A stretch of 64,000 bases of DNA from an uncultured Methanosarcinales archaeon (GCA_964510085.1 CAZEAB010000003.1:18276-82275), one strand, 5' to 3'; counted from the first letter of the stretch, positions 46,201-55,543 are shown. Notes: a model not told the origin generated them from the sequence alone. A program made the numbers and translations.

Positions 46201-46814
46201 TTTAATCTACAATACCTCTCCATGTTATGAAAACTTGAACCAGGAGTCATTTTAATATTTGCATTTTTCCCCGTAGTAAGACTTTGTTTAGATAATTCTG
46301 CACCAATACACGCAGCATATTTTTTTGCTACTTCTTTTGGTTTTCCACCATCAAGATATTCAATACATTTGTCCTGTACTTGTTCTACGCACTTTGCTAT
46401 CTCTGCCTTGTATGTTTTTGATTTTTTTTGTTGAATTGCACTACATCCTCTTTTAACAATTGGTTCAAATTCATCAAATACTTCATCCATACAAAAAGGC
46501 CTATATCTCATATTTCCCGGTACTATCGGTAAGAATATTCTTAGTTTTTTCTTTGGAGGTCTTAATCGGGTAATGCCAATCTTACCCATTGATCCAAATC
46601 CTCGGATTCTTCCATAAGGTGTTTTTCTTTTTTCTCTTTTGGGTGATTGTGATTCTTGTTGTGAGTATTCTCCTGGTAATCTACTTCCAAGTAATGCACC
46701 TACATCTTCATTCATAACTCGTTGTAAAGCGCTTGGCTTTTTAGCTTCTGCTGCTAAAGGCGAGACAATAATCCCTGCTGCTAATAGTGATACAATTTTT
46801 TGTGTTAAATTCAT
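46197..46814 (-). CDS. Secreted 6-Cys domain protein (paralog A)
   Basis: Start at MNLTQKIVSLLAAGIIVSPLAAEA (GAGGT SD upstream), then 'CMDEVFDE..RGCSAI..AKCVEQVQDKCIEYLDGGKPK..YAACIGAELS'. Confidence 0.6.
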   Translation of the reverse strand: MNLTQKIVSLLAAGIIVSPLAAEAKKPSALQRVMNEDVGALLGSRLPGEYSQQESQSPKREKRKTPYGRIRGFGSMGKIGITRLRPPKKKLRIFLPIVPGNMRYRPFCMDEVFDEFEPIVKRGCSAIQQKKSKTYKAEIAKCVEQVQDKCIEYLDGGKPKEVAKKYAACIGAELSKQSLTTGKNANIKMTPGSSFHNMERYCRLK

Positions 46815-46818
46815 CTTT

Positions 46819-46998
46819 TTACCTCGTAGTTGTTGGTGTAAAATATGTTCTCGATTTTTTTCTGAATAATCCGTGTGTAACAATAGTAACATACGTTCCT
46901 TCTGGAGCTTTACTAAGCATACTAACGACTCTTCCTTTATTATCTAGTTTAGCTTCATTATACGAATCTTCTCTCCTATGATACATGTTCTTTGTCAT
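46819..46998 (-). CDS. 59-aa leaderless small ORF heading the 6-Cys paralog operon
   Basis: TTTATATA box 22 nt upstream of ATG 46998. The stop TAA sits inside the SD of the next gene. Below the ORF-track size cutoff. Confidence 0.4.
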   Translation of the reverse strand: MTKNMYHRREDSYNEAKLDNKGRVVSMLSKAPEGTYVTIVTHGLFRKKSRTYFTPTTTR

Positions 46999-47115
46999 AT
47001 TTTAGTAATGAATTTACTAGTATATAAACCTTTCTATTTGTAACTACTTAAAAGTGATAAAGAAAACTATTTAAACCATCTCCTTCCTAAAATGGCATAA
47101 TTGGGGGTTTTAACC

Positions 47116-47517
47116 ATGGAAATCAAAGACGTACAAGCAAATCAAGGAAATGTAGATATTGTAGCAGAAGTAAGTGTAAAAGAAGACGAAAGAACATTTG
47201 AGAAGTTTGGAAAATCTGGACGTGTCTGTAGTGCAAAAATTAAAGATGCTACAGGAGAGATTAAACTTACATTATGGAATGATGACATAGATTCTGTGAA
47301 AGTAGGAGATAAAATACATATTCAAAATGGCTGGTGTTCTGAATATCAAGGAGAAAAACAGCTTTCTTCAGGCAAATTTGGAAAGATTGAAGTTGTCGAA
47401 GCAGGACAAGCAGAAGTCTTAACAAACGATCCAAATATGGTGCCTTCAGCTCTTCCAGAAGAATTACAAGAACAACCTGTAGCTGAAGAAGAAATGTTAG
47501 AAGAAGACGTAGAATAG
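47116..47517 (+). CDS. ssb: Single OB-fold ssDNA-binding protein with acidic tail
   Basis: 'SAKIKDATGEIKLTLWNDD...VGDKIHIQNGW' OB-fold pattern and an acidic C-terminus EEEMLEEDVE. Confidence 0.75.
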   Translation: MEIKDVQANQGNVDIVAEVSVKEDERTFEKFGKSGRVCSAKIKDATGEIKLTLWNDDIDSVKVGDKIHIQNGWCSEYQGEKQLSSGKFGKIEVVEAGQAEVLTNDPNMVPSALPEELQEQPVAEEEMLEEDVE

Positions 47518-47554
47518 AGAGGGTTTTTATACTTCTTATTATTTCTTATTTATT

Positions 47555-47869
47555 ATGAAACTTTTACCATCATTAAAACAAAAGAAACGGTACATTGTAT
47601 TTGAAGTATCTGAAAAAGTATCTGAATCAGACCTCAAAGAAGAAGTTAGTCAAGCATTATTTGAATTTGTAGGCACTCTTGGAGTATCTAAAATGTCCCC
47701 CTTATTCGTAAAGTATAAAAACAACAAGTTTATTATGAAAATTAACCATAAATACGTTGATGAAGCAAAATCAGCTTTATTATTAATCAAAACAATTAAA
47801 AACAAGCCAGTTACTATAAAATCTATAATAACATCTGGTACAATTAAAAAGGCCAGTTTGAGCTTATGA
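47555..47869 (+). CDS. RNase P protein component 2 (Pop5)
   Basis: 'LPSLKQKKRYIVFEV' and C-terminal 'SGTIKKA'. Located before psmA, as in the archaeal superoperon. Confidence 0.75.
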   Translation: MKLLPSLKQKKRYIVFEVSEKVSESDLKEEVSQALFEFVGTLGVSKMSPLFVKYKNNKFIMKINHKYVDEAKSALLLIKTIKNKPVTIKSIITSGTIKKASLSL

Positions 47870-47880
47870 GGTGTATATAA

Positions 47881-48606
47881 ATGAATCCAAGTAAACAAAT
47901 GATGGATAAAATGGGCTATGATCGGTCCATAACAATGTTTTCTCCTGAAGGAAGATTATTACAGGTAGAATATGCTAAAAAGACAGTAAAACAAGGTTCT
48001 ACCGCTATAGGGATCCAATGTAAAGATGGAATTGTTCTTATCTCCGATAAGAGAATCGCATCTAAATTAGTTGTCGCAGAAGCTATTGAAAAAATGTTTA
48101 AAATAGATGATCACATTGCAGCAACAGCATCCGGAATCATTTCAGATGCTCGAGTATTAGTAGATAGATCTCAACTAAAAGCACAGCAACATTCTGTAAC
48201 ATATGATTCAAAAATTGACATATTAACAATAACTAAAGACATTTGTGATTTAAAACAAATCTGTACACAATCAGCGGGATTACGGCCTTTTGGGGTATCT
48301 ATGTTAATTGGTGGTGTAGAAGATGATGGCACAATTAAGTTGTTTGTAACAGAACCGTACGGTCTTTATTTCCAGTACAGAGCAGCAGTAATTGGAGAAG
48401 GAGAACCACATATCGAACCACTTCTTCAACGGAAATATAAACCAGGAATGACCATAAAAGATGGAGTAGCTCTTGGTTTAGAAGCACTTAAAGACTTCTT
48501 AGGTGGCGAGTTTAACTTTGAACGAGTAGATGTTGTGTATGTTGATAACACCTCTAAGCGATGGAAGAAGTTAACCGATGGAGAGCTGAAGAGTTACGTT
48601 AAGTAA
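47881..48606 (+). CDS. psmA: Proteasome subunit alpha
   Basis: 'YDRSITMFSPEGRLLQVEYA' signature. Confidence 0.95.
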   Translation: MNPSKQMMDKMGYDRSITMFSPEGRLLQVEYAKKTVKQGSTAIGIQCKDGIVLISDKRIASKLVVAEAIEKMFKIDDHIAATASGIISDARVLVDRSQLKAQQHSVTYDSKIDILTITKDICDLKQICTQSAGLRPFGVSMLIGGVEDDGTIKLFVTEPYGLYFQYRAAVIGEGEPHIEPLLQRKYKPGMTIKDGVALGLEALKDFLGGEFNFERVDVVYVDNTSKRWKKLTDGELKSYVK

Positions 48607-48698
48607 GTTATTTCTATTTTTTAATTTTGTTACAAATATTTATAAAAACAGAATCTATTGAGTATGTTAAGGTGATTTTTGATTAGGAGGATAATAAA

Positions 48699-49100
48699 AT
48701 GTATTTTGTAAAAAAACCAGCAGAAAAAGAAAACGGAGAAATGGTAGTTAGTATAGATGGAATACGTGCTAGAGCTGCCTTTGGAAAACTTGAAGTAGTT
48801 TATAGAGGAACAGATGAAGAAGAAGCAAAAAATGTAGCTGAGAGTTTAGATGTAGCAGTTTTATCAGAATTTGCCCACGATAGAGGTGATGGTCACGTTA
48901 GTAGTGTTTCACATGCTAAATATCGTGCAGGAAAATGTTGGTCTGCTCAGTCTCAAGGACTAGATCGTGTAGATCCTGCAACAGGAATACTAAGAAGCCA
49001 TAGGTCAAGAAACCACGGCAGTGTAGAATTTTCCAAAGTCTATGAGCTATTTACTTCTCAAGAAATGGATTATTTAGCTGCTCATAAGAAAGTTGCTTAA
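48699..49100 (+). CDS. Hypothetical protein (133 aa)
   Basis: AGGAGG SD upstream; no recognisable motif. Located between psmA and the SBDS gene. Confidence 0.5.
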   Translation: MYFVKKPAEKENGEMVVSIDGIRARAAFGKLEVVYRGTDEEEAKNVAESLDVAVLSEFAHDRGDGHVSSVSHAKYRAGKCWSAQSQGLDRVDPATGILRSHRSRNHGSVEFSKVYELFTSQEMDYLAAHKKVA

Positions 49101-49170
49101 TTTTTTATTTTTTATTCATTCTATACAATCTCAACTATAATTTTATATATCACCTTCTACTCTTAACAAT

Positions 49171-49854
49171 ATGTCATCAAATCCAACCCTTGCCAGAATT
49201 AAGAAACACGGCATGAACTTTGAAATTTCTGTAGACCCAGATAAAGCATTAGAATACAAGAAAGGAAATGCATCATTACGAGAAGTTCTTCTTGCAGATA
49301 ACGTCTTCTCTGATGCTAAAAAAGGAGAAATAGCAAAAGAATCAGATCTGCAGACAGCGTTTGAAACAACTGACACAGATAAGATTGCAGACATAATTCT
49401 TAACAAAGGAGAAATACAACTTACTTCAGAACATCGAGCAGAGGAAAGAGATAAAAAGAAAAAACAATTAATTCATACAATTCATATTAATGCAGTAGAT
49501 CCAAAAACCGGATTACCACACCCACCAACAAGAATAGAACTTGCATTAGAACAAGGAAAAATCACATTAGACTATAACAAAACCGTTGAAGAACAACTAG
49601 ATGATGTTATAAGTAAACTTAGACCAATAATTCCAATAAGTATCCAAAAGAAAAAATTACAAGTTGTTATTCCTGCTTCATTCGCTGGAAAAGCATATCA
49701 ACCAGTGAAAGACGCTGCAACTATTCTTAAAGATGAATGGGGAAATGATGGATCTTGGACAGTTACTGTAGAAATTCCAGCAGGCTTATATCCAGACTTT
49801 ATCCAGAAGATGAATGGGCTGACAAGTGGCGAAGTTGTTATAAGTGAAGTGTAA
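49171..49854 (+). CDS. SBDS-family ribosome maturation protein
   Basis: 'ARIKKHGMNFEISVDPDKALEYKKG' and the overall SBDS pattern. Confidence 0.88.
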   Translation: MSSNPTLARIKKHGMNFEISVDPDKALEYKKGNASLREVLLADNVFSDAKKGEIAKESDLQTAFETTDTDKIADIILNKGEIQLTSEHRAEERDKKKKQLIHTIHINAVDPKTGLPHPPTRIELALEQGKITLDYNKTVEEQLDDVISKLRPIIPISIQKKKLQVVIPASFAGKAYQPVKDAATILKDEWGNDGSWTVTVEIPAGLYPDFIQKMNGLTSGEVVISEV

Positions 49855-49894
49855 ACAGAAGATTTATTAAGTATTCTTACTTATTCTACGTAAA

Positions 49895-50131
49895 ATGACG
49901 AATATGACGTTAGCGGTTCCTACTGAATTGCATAAAATAATGCGTAAGCATACTGATGTTAAATGGAGTGAAGTGGCTCGGAAAGCTTTATGGGCTAAGG
50001 CAAAAAAATTAGAACTGATGGATACGCTTCTTGCAAATTCTGATCTTACTGAAGAAGATGCATTAAAATTTGGGAAAAATATTAACATTGCAGTATTTGA
50101 AAAGCATAAGAAAAAATATGGTTCAGAATGA
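49895..50131 (+). CDS. vapB: VapB-like ribbon-helix-helix antitoxin
   Basis: 'MTLAVPTELHKIMRKH..WSEVARKAL' RHH pattern. ATGA overlap with a PIN remnant. Confidence 0.55.
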   Translation: MTNMTLAVPTELHKIMRKHTDVKWSEVARKALWAKAKKLELMDTLLANSDLTEEDALKFGKNINIAVFEKHKKKYGSE

Positions 50132-50253
50132 AGGTTGTTGTAGATTGTTGCATTTACAGCAACGCAGAGGGGATTTGGACGCATGATCACGATTTCATGA
50201 ATCAAAACAAAATTAAAATTTTTACAAATGTTGATTTACTAAACATGATATAA
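50128..50253 (+). pseudogene. vapC: Internally deleted PIN-domain (VapC) remnant, 41 codons
   Basis: 'MKVVVD' (PIN beta-1 with first Asp) joined directly to 'CCIYSNAEGIWTHDHDF..IKIF' (PIN C-terminal T-x-D-x-D-F region). About 85 aa of a normal PIN domain are missing. Confidence 0.5.
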
Positions 50254-50343
50254 TCAACTGCCAGTCACTATTCTTGAGGTGTAACCGCAACCTTTATAAA
50301 CCACCTCTCAAAATAGGTTGCAGAGAGAAAAAAAACAATTAAA

Positions 50344-51027
50344 ATGACTAGTTTAAAAGTAGAAAACAGACATGTAGTCATTCCCGGCGAACTTTTAGCC
50401 GAGGGAATGGATACGCTTCCTGGGGATAACACCTATAGGGAAGATGATAAGATTTATTCAAAAGTTCTTGGACTTGTGTCTTTATCAGGCAGAGTTGTAA
50501 GAATTACACCACTTTCTGGTTCTTATGTACCAAAAGTAGATGATAAAATCATATGTAGAGTTATTGACATTGCAATGTCCGGATGGAGATTTAACACCGG
50601 AACTGCATGGACAGCAATGCTCAACGTTAAAGATGCAACAAATCGTTTCATTAAAAGAGAAGCAGACCTAAGTCAAATTCTTGCAATAGATGATTACGTA
50701 GTTGCAAAGATTTCTAAGGTTACATCACAGATGTTAATCGATCTTTCATTACGAGAACCAGGACTTCAGAAAATTGAAGGCGGAAGAATTATTCAAATTA
50801 ATTCCCAGAAAGTTCCACGAGTAATTGGAAAGAAAGGAAGTATGATTTCAATGATTAAAGATAAAACCGGTTGTAACATTACTGTAGGACAGAATGGTGC
50901 AATTTGGATTAACGGAAAAAACGAAAATCTTGCAGAGAAAGCGATCAAAACCATCGAAGCAAGATCCCACGAAGAGGGATTAACAGAAAAGATGGAAAAG
51001 TTTTTGCAAACAGAGGTGAGTAGCTAA
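50344..51027 (+). CDS. rrp4: Exosome RNA-binding subunit Rrp4 (S1 + KH)
   Basis: 'VIPGELLAEG', S1 domain, KH 'RVIGKKGSMISMIK'. Confidence 0.92.
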   Translation: MTSLKVENRHVVIPGELLAEGMDTLPGDNTYREDDKIYSKVLGLVSLSGRVVRITPLSGSYVPKVDDKIICRVIDIAMSGWRFNTGTAWTAMLNVKDATNRFIKREADLSQILAIDDYVVAKISKVTSQMLIDLSLREPGLQKIEGGRIIQINSQKVPRVIGKKGSMISMIKDKTGCNITVGQNGAIWINGKNENLAEKAIKTIEARSHEEGLTEKMEKFLQTEVSS

Positions 51028-51028
51028 A

Positions 51029-51736
51029 ATGGCATATACACGAACTGATGGAAGACAAGTAACTGATTTGCGACCAATGGAAGCAAAAGCAGGCGTAATT
51101 CCTAATGCAAGCGGATCTGCAGTATTTATCGCAGGAAAAACCAAAGCAATCGTTGCAGTGCACGGACCTCGAGAAGTGTACCCACGATTTTTGTCAAATC
51201 CTAAGAGAGGAATCTTACGATGTTTCTATACAATGATGCCTTTTTCCGGTTCAGGAGAAAGAATCAGACCAGGAACAAGCAGACGAGCACAGGAAATTTC
51301 AATGGTAATGCAGAAAGCATTAGAACCAGTTGTTGATTTATCAGCATTTCCAAACTCAACTGTAGACGTATTCATTGAATTACCTCAAACAGATGCAGGA
51401 ACACGATGTGCAGCTATCTCAGCAGCATGTATTGCACTTGCAGACGCAGGAATTCCAATGAAAGACATGATCTCATCCGTTGCGATGGGAGAAGTTGACG
51501 GCACAGTAATGGCTGACTTAACATACAACGAAGAAGCATTCGATGGAGTAGTATCAGACATCCCAATTGCAATGAAGCAAAATACAAAAGAAATTACTTT
51601 GCTACAAATGGATGGAGAAATTACAAAAGAAGCTCTAATGGAAGCTCTTGAAATGGCAAAATCTGCAACTGATAAAGTGTACGAAGTACAAAAGAAAGCA
51701 CTGAAAGATAGATTTCAGAAGGAGAGTGCACAATGA
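51029..51736 (+). CDS. rrp41: Exosome subunit Rrp41 (RNase PH)
   Basis: 'RTDGRQVTDLRP..ASGSAVF..GPRE', 'GTRCAAISAACIALADAGIPM'. Confidence 0.93.
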   Translation: MAYTRTDGRQVTDLRPMEAKAGVIPNASGSAVFIAGKTKAIVAVHGPREVYPRFLSNPKRGILRCFYTMMPFSGSGERIRPGTSRRAQEISMVMQKALEPVVDLSAFPNSTVDVFIELPQTDAGTRCAAISAACIALADAGIPMKDMISSVAMGEVDGTVMADLTYNEEAFDGVVSDIPIAMKQNTKEITLLQMDGEITKEALMEALEMAKSATDKVYEVQKKALKDRFQKESAQ

Positions 51737-52524
51737 TAGTTAACAAAAAACGAATTCACGAACTCGCAGCTCAAGACAAAAGACTTGACGGACGAGCACT
51801 AGATGAATATCGGCAACCAATTGAAGTAGAAACAGCTATTTCATGGACTGCTGAAGGTTCAGCTCAAGTAAAAATCGGCGAAACAGTTGTAATGGCAGGA
51901 GTAAAATTATCTCTTGAAAAACCATACAACGATACACCTGACCAAGGCGGTATCATGATAAACGCAGAGCTTACACCTTTATCCTCACCAGAATACGAAC
52001 GAGGACCGCCTGGAATAAAGGCAATCGAACTTGCTCGTGTAACTGATAGAGGAATTAGAGAAGCAAAAGCAATTGACATGAAGAAACTATGTGTAACTCC
52101 AGGAGAGAAAGCATGGTTTGTAATTGTAGACATTGTTACAATCAACGACGCAGGAAGTTTATATGATGCAGCGAGTCTTGCAACATTAGCAGCACTTAAA
52201 GCAGCTCGATTTCCAGTAGTTGACGAAGAAACAGGTGCAATTAACTACAAAGAAAAAACCGACGTACCTTTACCATTGCTTAAAGAACCATTAGCAGTAA
52301 CCGTCTACAAAATCAACGGTAAACTCTTTGTTGATCCAAGTTCACAGGAAGAACATTCCTATGATGCACGTTTAACCGTTGCAGCAGATGAAAAAGGAAC
52401 AATCTCAGCAATGCAAAAAGGCGGAGATGCTCCTCTCACAATTGACGAAGTAGGTCAAATGGTAGACATTGCAATGGATAAAACAAAATTCCTACGGGAA
52501 CAGCTAGACAAATTCGTGAAATAA
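51733..52524 (+). CDS. rrp42: Exosome subunit Rrp42
   Basis: '[11 protein letters not shown]', RNase PH-like fold. ATGA overlap with rrp41. Confidence 0.92.
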   Translation: MIVNKKRIHELAAQDKRLDGRALDEYRQPIEVETAISWTAEGSAQVKIGETVVMAGVKLSLEKPYNDTPDQGGIMINAELTPLSSPEYERGPPGIKAIELARVTDRGIREAKAIDMKKLCVTPGEKAWFVIVDIVTINDAGSLYDAASLATLAALKAARFPVVDEETGAINYKEKTDVPLPLLKEPLAVTVYKINGKLFVDPSSQEEHSYDARLTVAADEKGTISAMQKGGDAPLTIDEVGQMVDIAMDKTKFLREQLDKFVK

Positions 52525-52525
52525 A

Positions 52526-52711
52526 ATGGAATACACAAAATACGAAAAAACCAGGATGATTGGCTCTCGAGCACTACAATTATCTATGGGGGCTCCATTT
52601 TTAGTAAAGCTCTCTGAAGAGGATCTTGCCAACGTAAAGTACAATCCAATTCAAATAGCTTTGTTAGAATTTGAAGAAAACGTTTTACCTATTACTGTAA
52701 AACGGCCTTAA
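52526..52711 (+). CDS. rpoK: DNA-directed RNA polymerase subunit K (Rpb6)
   Basis: '[21 protein letters not shown]'. Confidence 0.9.
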   Translation: MEYTKYEKTRMIGSRALQLSMGAPFLVKLSEEDLANVKYNPIQIALLEFEENVLPITVKRP

Positions 52712-52770
52712 TTTTTTTATTTTAATTTTTCCACATAATTCTTATAAATAAACGTTCTAATTTGATTATT

Positions 52771-53061
52771 ATGAAAAGAATAACTGATGCAATACGAAAC
52801 GCTCCTGATTTAAGTGATGAATTCAAATCAGATGCTGTGGAAAGATTAGAACAAGATTCTGATCTAGCTTTTATGGCTCGTAGAATAAACTTTAAAGCTC
52901 CTGAGGAGAACTATGCAGGAGAGGTTGCACTTCAAGCAACTACAGTTTTAACTCCTTTATACTTTAAACATGAAGTTTCTGAGCCAGTCGCAAGGGATCT
53001 TTTTCGTGACATGTATACTGCTTGTGGTGGTCTTATTAAAGGCGAATACGAAACAAGATGA
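52771..53061 (+). CDS. Hypothetical protein (96 aa), coupled to the DUF357 gene
   Basis: ATGA overlap with the next gene; no recognisable motif. Confidence 0.5.
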   Translation: MKRITDAIRNAPDLSDEFKSDAVERLEQDSDLAFMARRINFKAPEENYAGEVALQATTVLTPLYFKHEVSEPVARDLFRDMYTACGGLIKGEYETR

Positions 53062-53348
53062 ATTCAACAATAACAAAAGAAAAATTGGACAAATACTTCT
53101 CTATCACAAAAGAAGCACTAGATATGGCACAACCTGCTTTCGACGAATCTCGACAAGAAACAGCAGCAGACTTCTTTGATATGGCGTCAAGATATTACAA
53201 AGACGCCAAATTCTTCTTAGAAACAAAAGAAGACGGGGTACTTGCATTCGCTGCTCTTAACTACGCACACGGCTGGTTAGACGCAGGTGCTAGAATTGGC
53301 TTGTTCCAAGTAAAAGATTCTAGATTGTTTACTGTTGATGGAGAATAG
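53058..53348 (+). CDS. DUF357 domain protein
   Basis: 'ASRYYKDAKFF..GVLAFAALNYAHGWLDAGARIG'. Confidence 0.75.
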   Translation: MNSTITKEKLDKYFSITKEALDMAQPAFDESRQETAADFFDMASRYYKDAKFFLETKEDGVLAFAALNYAHGWLDAGARIGLFQVKDSRLFTVDGE

Positions 53349-53364
53349 AACATAGTTCTAGTAA

Positions 53365-53384
53365 TTGTAACTAAAAAGTTACAA
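53365..53384. promoter_or_regulatory. Inverted repeat TTGTAAC-N6-GTTACAA upstream of the trmB-family gene promoter
   Basis: Perfect 7-bp arms, 14 nt upstream of TATA ctttataaag (53398-53407). Confidence 0.3.
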
Positions 53385-53468
53385 AAACACACAAAAGCTT
53401 TATAAAGTATTCACAATACAAGCTTATTACTAAGAGAGGCCCGATGTGTATACGGAGGCAAAAATACA

Positions 53469-54254
53469 ATGATCGTTCAAAAAGATTTCCTAAACAAACT
53501 AAAAGACTTTGGTCTTAACTCATATGAAAGCAAATTATGGATTGCTCTATTAAGTAGGGGAGTTTCTACAGCTGGTGAATTATCAGATATTTCAAACGTA
53601 CCAAGAAGCCGTGCTTATGATGTATTAGAATCATTAGAAAAGAAAGGATTTATCATTGTTAAAGTTGGGAAACCTATCAAATATCTTGCAGTTCCTCCAG
53701 GGGAAGTTGTAGAACGAGTTCAAAAGAAAATTCTAGTTGACGCAGAACAAAAAAACAAAGTTCTTGCAGACTTAAAAACATCAGACATCTTATCTCAATT
53801 AAACACACTTCACACAGAAGGTGTAAAATTAGTTGACCCAACAGACAAATCTGGCGCTTTTAGAGGACGAGATAAAGTTCACGAACATCTTACATCTATG
53901 ATTAAAAGTGCACAGAAATCAATTACTATTATGACTTCAAAAGAAGGATTAGAGCGAAAATATGACGCTCTAGGAAATCACTTACGAAGAGCTGCAAAAG
54001 CAGGTGTTGAAATTCGATTTGCAACAGCTACAAACGCAAACAAAGAAGTTGTAAGTGCATTATCCAAATTTGGAAAAGTTCAAGCACACAAAAACAACAC
54101 TGCACGATTCTTACTTGTAGACAACAAAGAAATGCTCTTATTCTTAACAGACGACGCAAAAGTACACAAAAGTTACGATTGCGCTGTATGGGTAGAAGCA
54201 CCACACTTTGTGAACTACTTTGGAACATTGTTCGAACAGCAGTGGAAAAAGTAG
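53469..54254 (+). CDS. TrmB-family transcriptional regulator
   Basis: 'LGLNSYESKLWIALLSRGVSTAGELSDISNVPRSRAYDVLESLEKKGFI'. Confidence 0.88.
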   Translation: MIVQKDFLNKLKDFGLNSYESKLWIALLSRGVSTAGELSDISNVPRSRAYDVLESLEKKGFIIVKVGKPIKYLAVPPGEVVERVQKKILVDAEQKNKVLADLKTSDILSQLNTLHTEGVKLVDPTDKSGAFRGRDKVHEHLTSMIKSAQKSITIMTSKEGLERKYDALGNHLRRAAKAGVEIRFATATNANKEVVSALSKFGKVQAHKNNTARFLLVDNKEMLLFLTDDAKVHKSYDCAVWVEAPHFVNYFGTLFEQQWKK

Positions 54255-54303
54255 ATTTTCTACAATAGATTAATTTTTATATTAATTCTTTATTAATTAT
54301 TAC

Positions 54304-54603
54304 ATGACACAAACAAAATATGCAATACCAATTTTAAATAACGGACAGATTTACACCATACAAGACGCTTTAAAAGAACAGCTTCCAGATACAGTATGGG
54401 ACGGTTCCAGAGTTAGAGGAACTAAAAAAGGTTGGAATTCTCAATTAGGCAAAGATGTAGTCCCATTTAGAGATTATGTTCATACTCACACATCGGATTC
54501 TGACGAAATGAAATTGACTCTTTTTGATGGTAATATTCAAGATGATTATAGTCCTGGAAAACTTGCTGAAGTAAGAGCAACAATTGATAGGTTTGTTAAT
54601 TAA
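54304..54603 (+). CDS. Hypothetical protein (99 aa)
   Basis: Intact ORF in coding-dense context; no motif recognised. Confidence 0.45.
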   Translation: MTQTKYAIPILNNGQIYTIQDALKEQLPDTVWDGSRVRGTKKGWNSQLGKDVVPFRDYVHTHTSDSDEMKLTLFDGNIQDDYSPGKLAEVRATIDRFVN

Positions 54604-54642
54604 TGAATACATTTTTATATTCTCTTAATTTATTGTTCAATC

Positions 54643-54981
54643 ATGAAACAAGTAATACTCATACGACAAGATCTTAAGCTTCCTAAAGGAAAAGCGTGTG
54701 CGCAAGTAGCACATGCATCCGTAGAAGCAGTACTCAAAGCAGATTCTCAAGTAGTCAAAACTTGGAGATCTGAAGGAATGGCAAAAATTGTTCTTAAGGT
54801 AAAAGATGAGAAAGAACTCATACAATATTTCCAAAACGCAAAAGATGAAGGTTTAGCAGTTTCATTAATAACAGATGCAGGAAGAACTGTAGTAGCACCT
54901 GGAACGAAGACTTGTGCTGGTATTGGCCCAGCAGAAGACGACCAGATTGATTCTATAACAGATGAATTAAAATTACTTTAA
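54643..54981 (+). CDS. pth2: Peptidyl-tRNA hydrolase, archaeal type (Pth2)
   Basis: 'KQVILIRQDLKLPKGKACAQVAHAS' and 'DAGRTVVAPGTKTCAGIGP'. Confidence 0.92.
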   Translation: MKQVILIRQDLKLPKGKACAQVAHASVEAVLKADSQVVKTWRSEGMAKIVLKVKDEKELIQYFQNAKDEGLAVSLITDAGRTVVAPGTKTCAGIGPAEDDQIDSITDELKLL

Positions 54982-55024
54982 ACCAACCATAACCTTTATA
55001 AACAAGCCTCTTTCCCAAGTTAAC

Positions 55025-55333
55025 ATGAAAATTCCTAAAGCAATGAAGCGGCTTTGTACAAAGTGTAAGAAACACACTGAACAGAAAGTAGCTCAAAACA
55101 AAAAGAGAAAAGCAAGTTCTCTTAGCCAAGGTTCTAAATATAGGGCTCGAAAAAGAGGAGTTGCTCGAGGAGTAGGAAGTTTAGGAAGATATTCAAAACC
55201 AGCAGTTACTAAATTTAAACGTACTGGTGCAAAAAATACCAAAAAAACTGACTTACGATACACATGTTCTGTATGTAAGAAATCCTCTGCTCAAAAAGTA
55301 GGAATAAGATCTAAGCGGGTTGAATTTGTATGA
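55025..55333 (+). CDS. rpl44e: 50S ribosomal protein L44e
   Basis: Zinc ribbon 'CTKCKKHT...CSVCKK' and a basic core. Confidence 0.92.
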   Translation: MKIPKAMKRLCTKCKKHTEQKVAQNKKRKASSLSQGSKYRARKRGVARGVGSLGRYSKPAVTKFKRTGAKNTKKTDLRYTCSVCKKSSAQKVGIRSKRVEFV

Positions 55334-55494
55334 AGACTAATTTTGTTAAAGTTCGATGTAAATGTAAAAATGAACAAATTGTTTTTGATAAAAGTAGCAC
55401 TGTTGTAAAGTGCCTTGTTTGTAATGAAGATTTATTAAAACCAACAGGCGGAAAGGCAGAAATTGTTGGTAGAGTTCTTGAAGTTTTAAATTAA
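55330..55494 (+). CDS. rps27e: 30S ribosomal protein S27e
   Basis: Hand-translated 54 aa: 'FVKVRCKCKNEQIVFDKSSTVVKCLVCNEDLLKPTGGKAEI'. ATGA overlap with rpl44e. Below the track cutoff. Confidence 0.88.
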   Translation: MKTNFVKVRCKCKNEQIVFDKSSTVVKCLVCNEDLLKPTGGKAEIVGRVLEVLN

Positions 55495-55543
55495 CTTTAA
55501 CCAAGAGAACATTTATAAATAACTCATTCTCCTGAATACTAAA

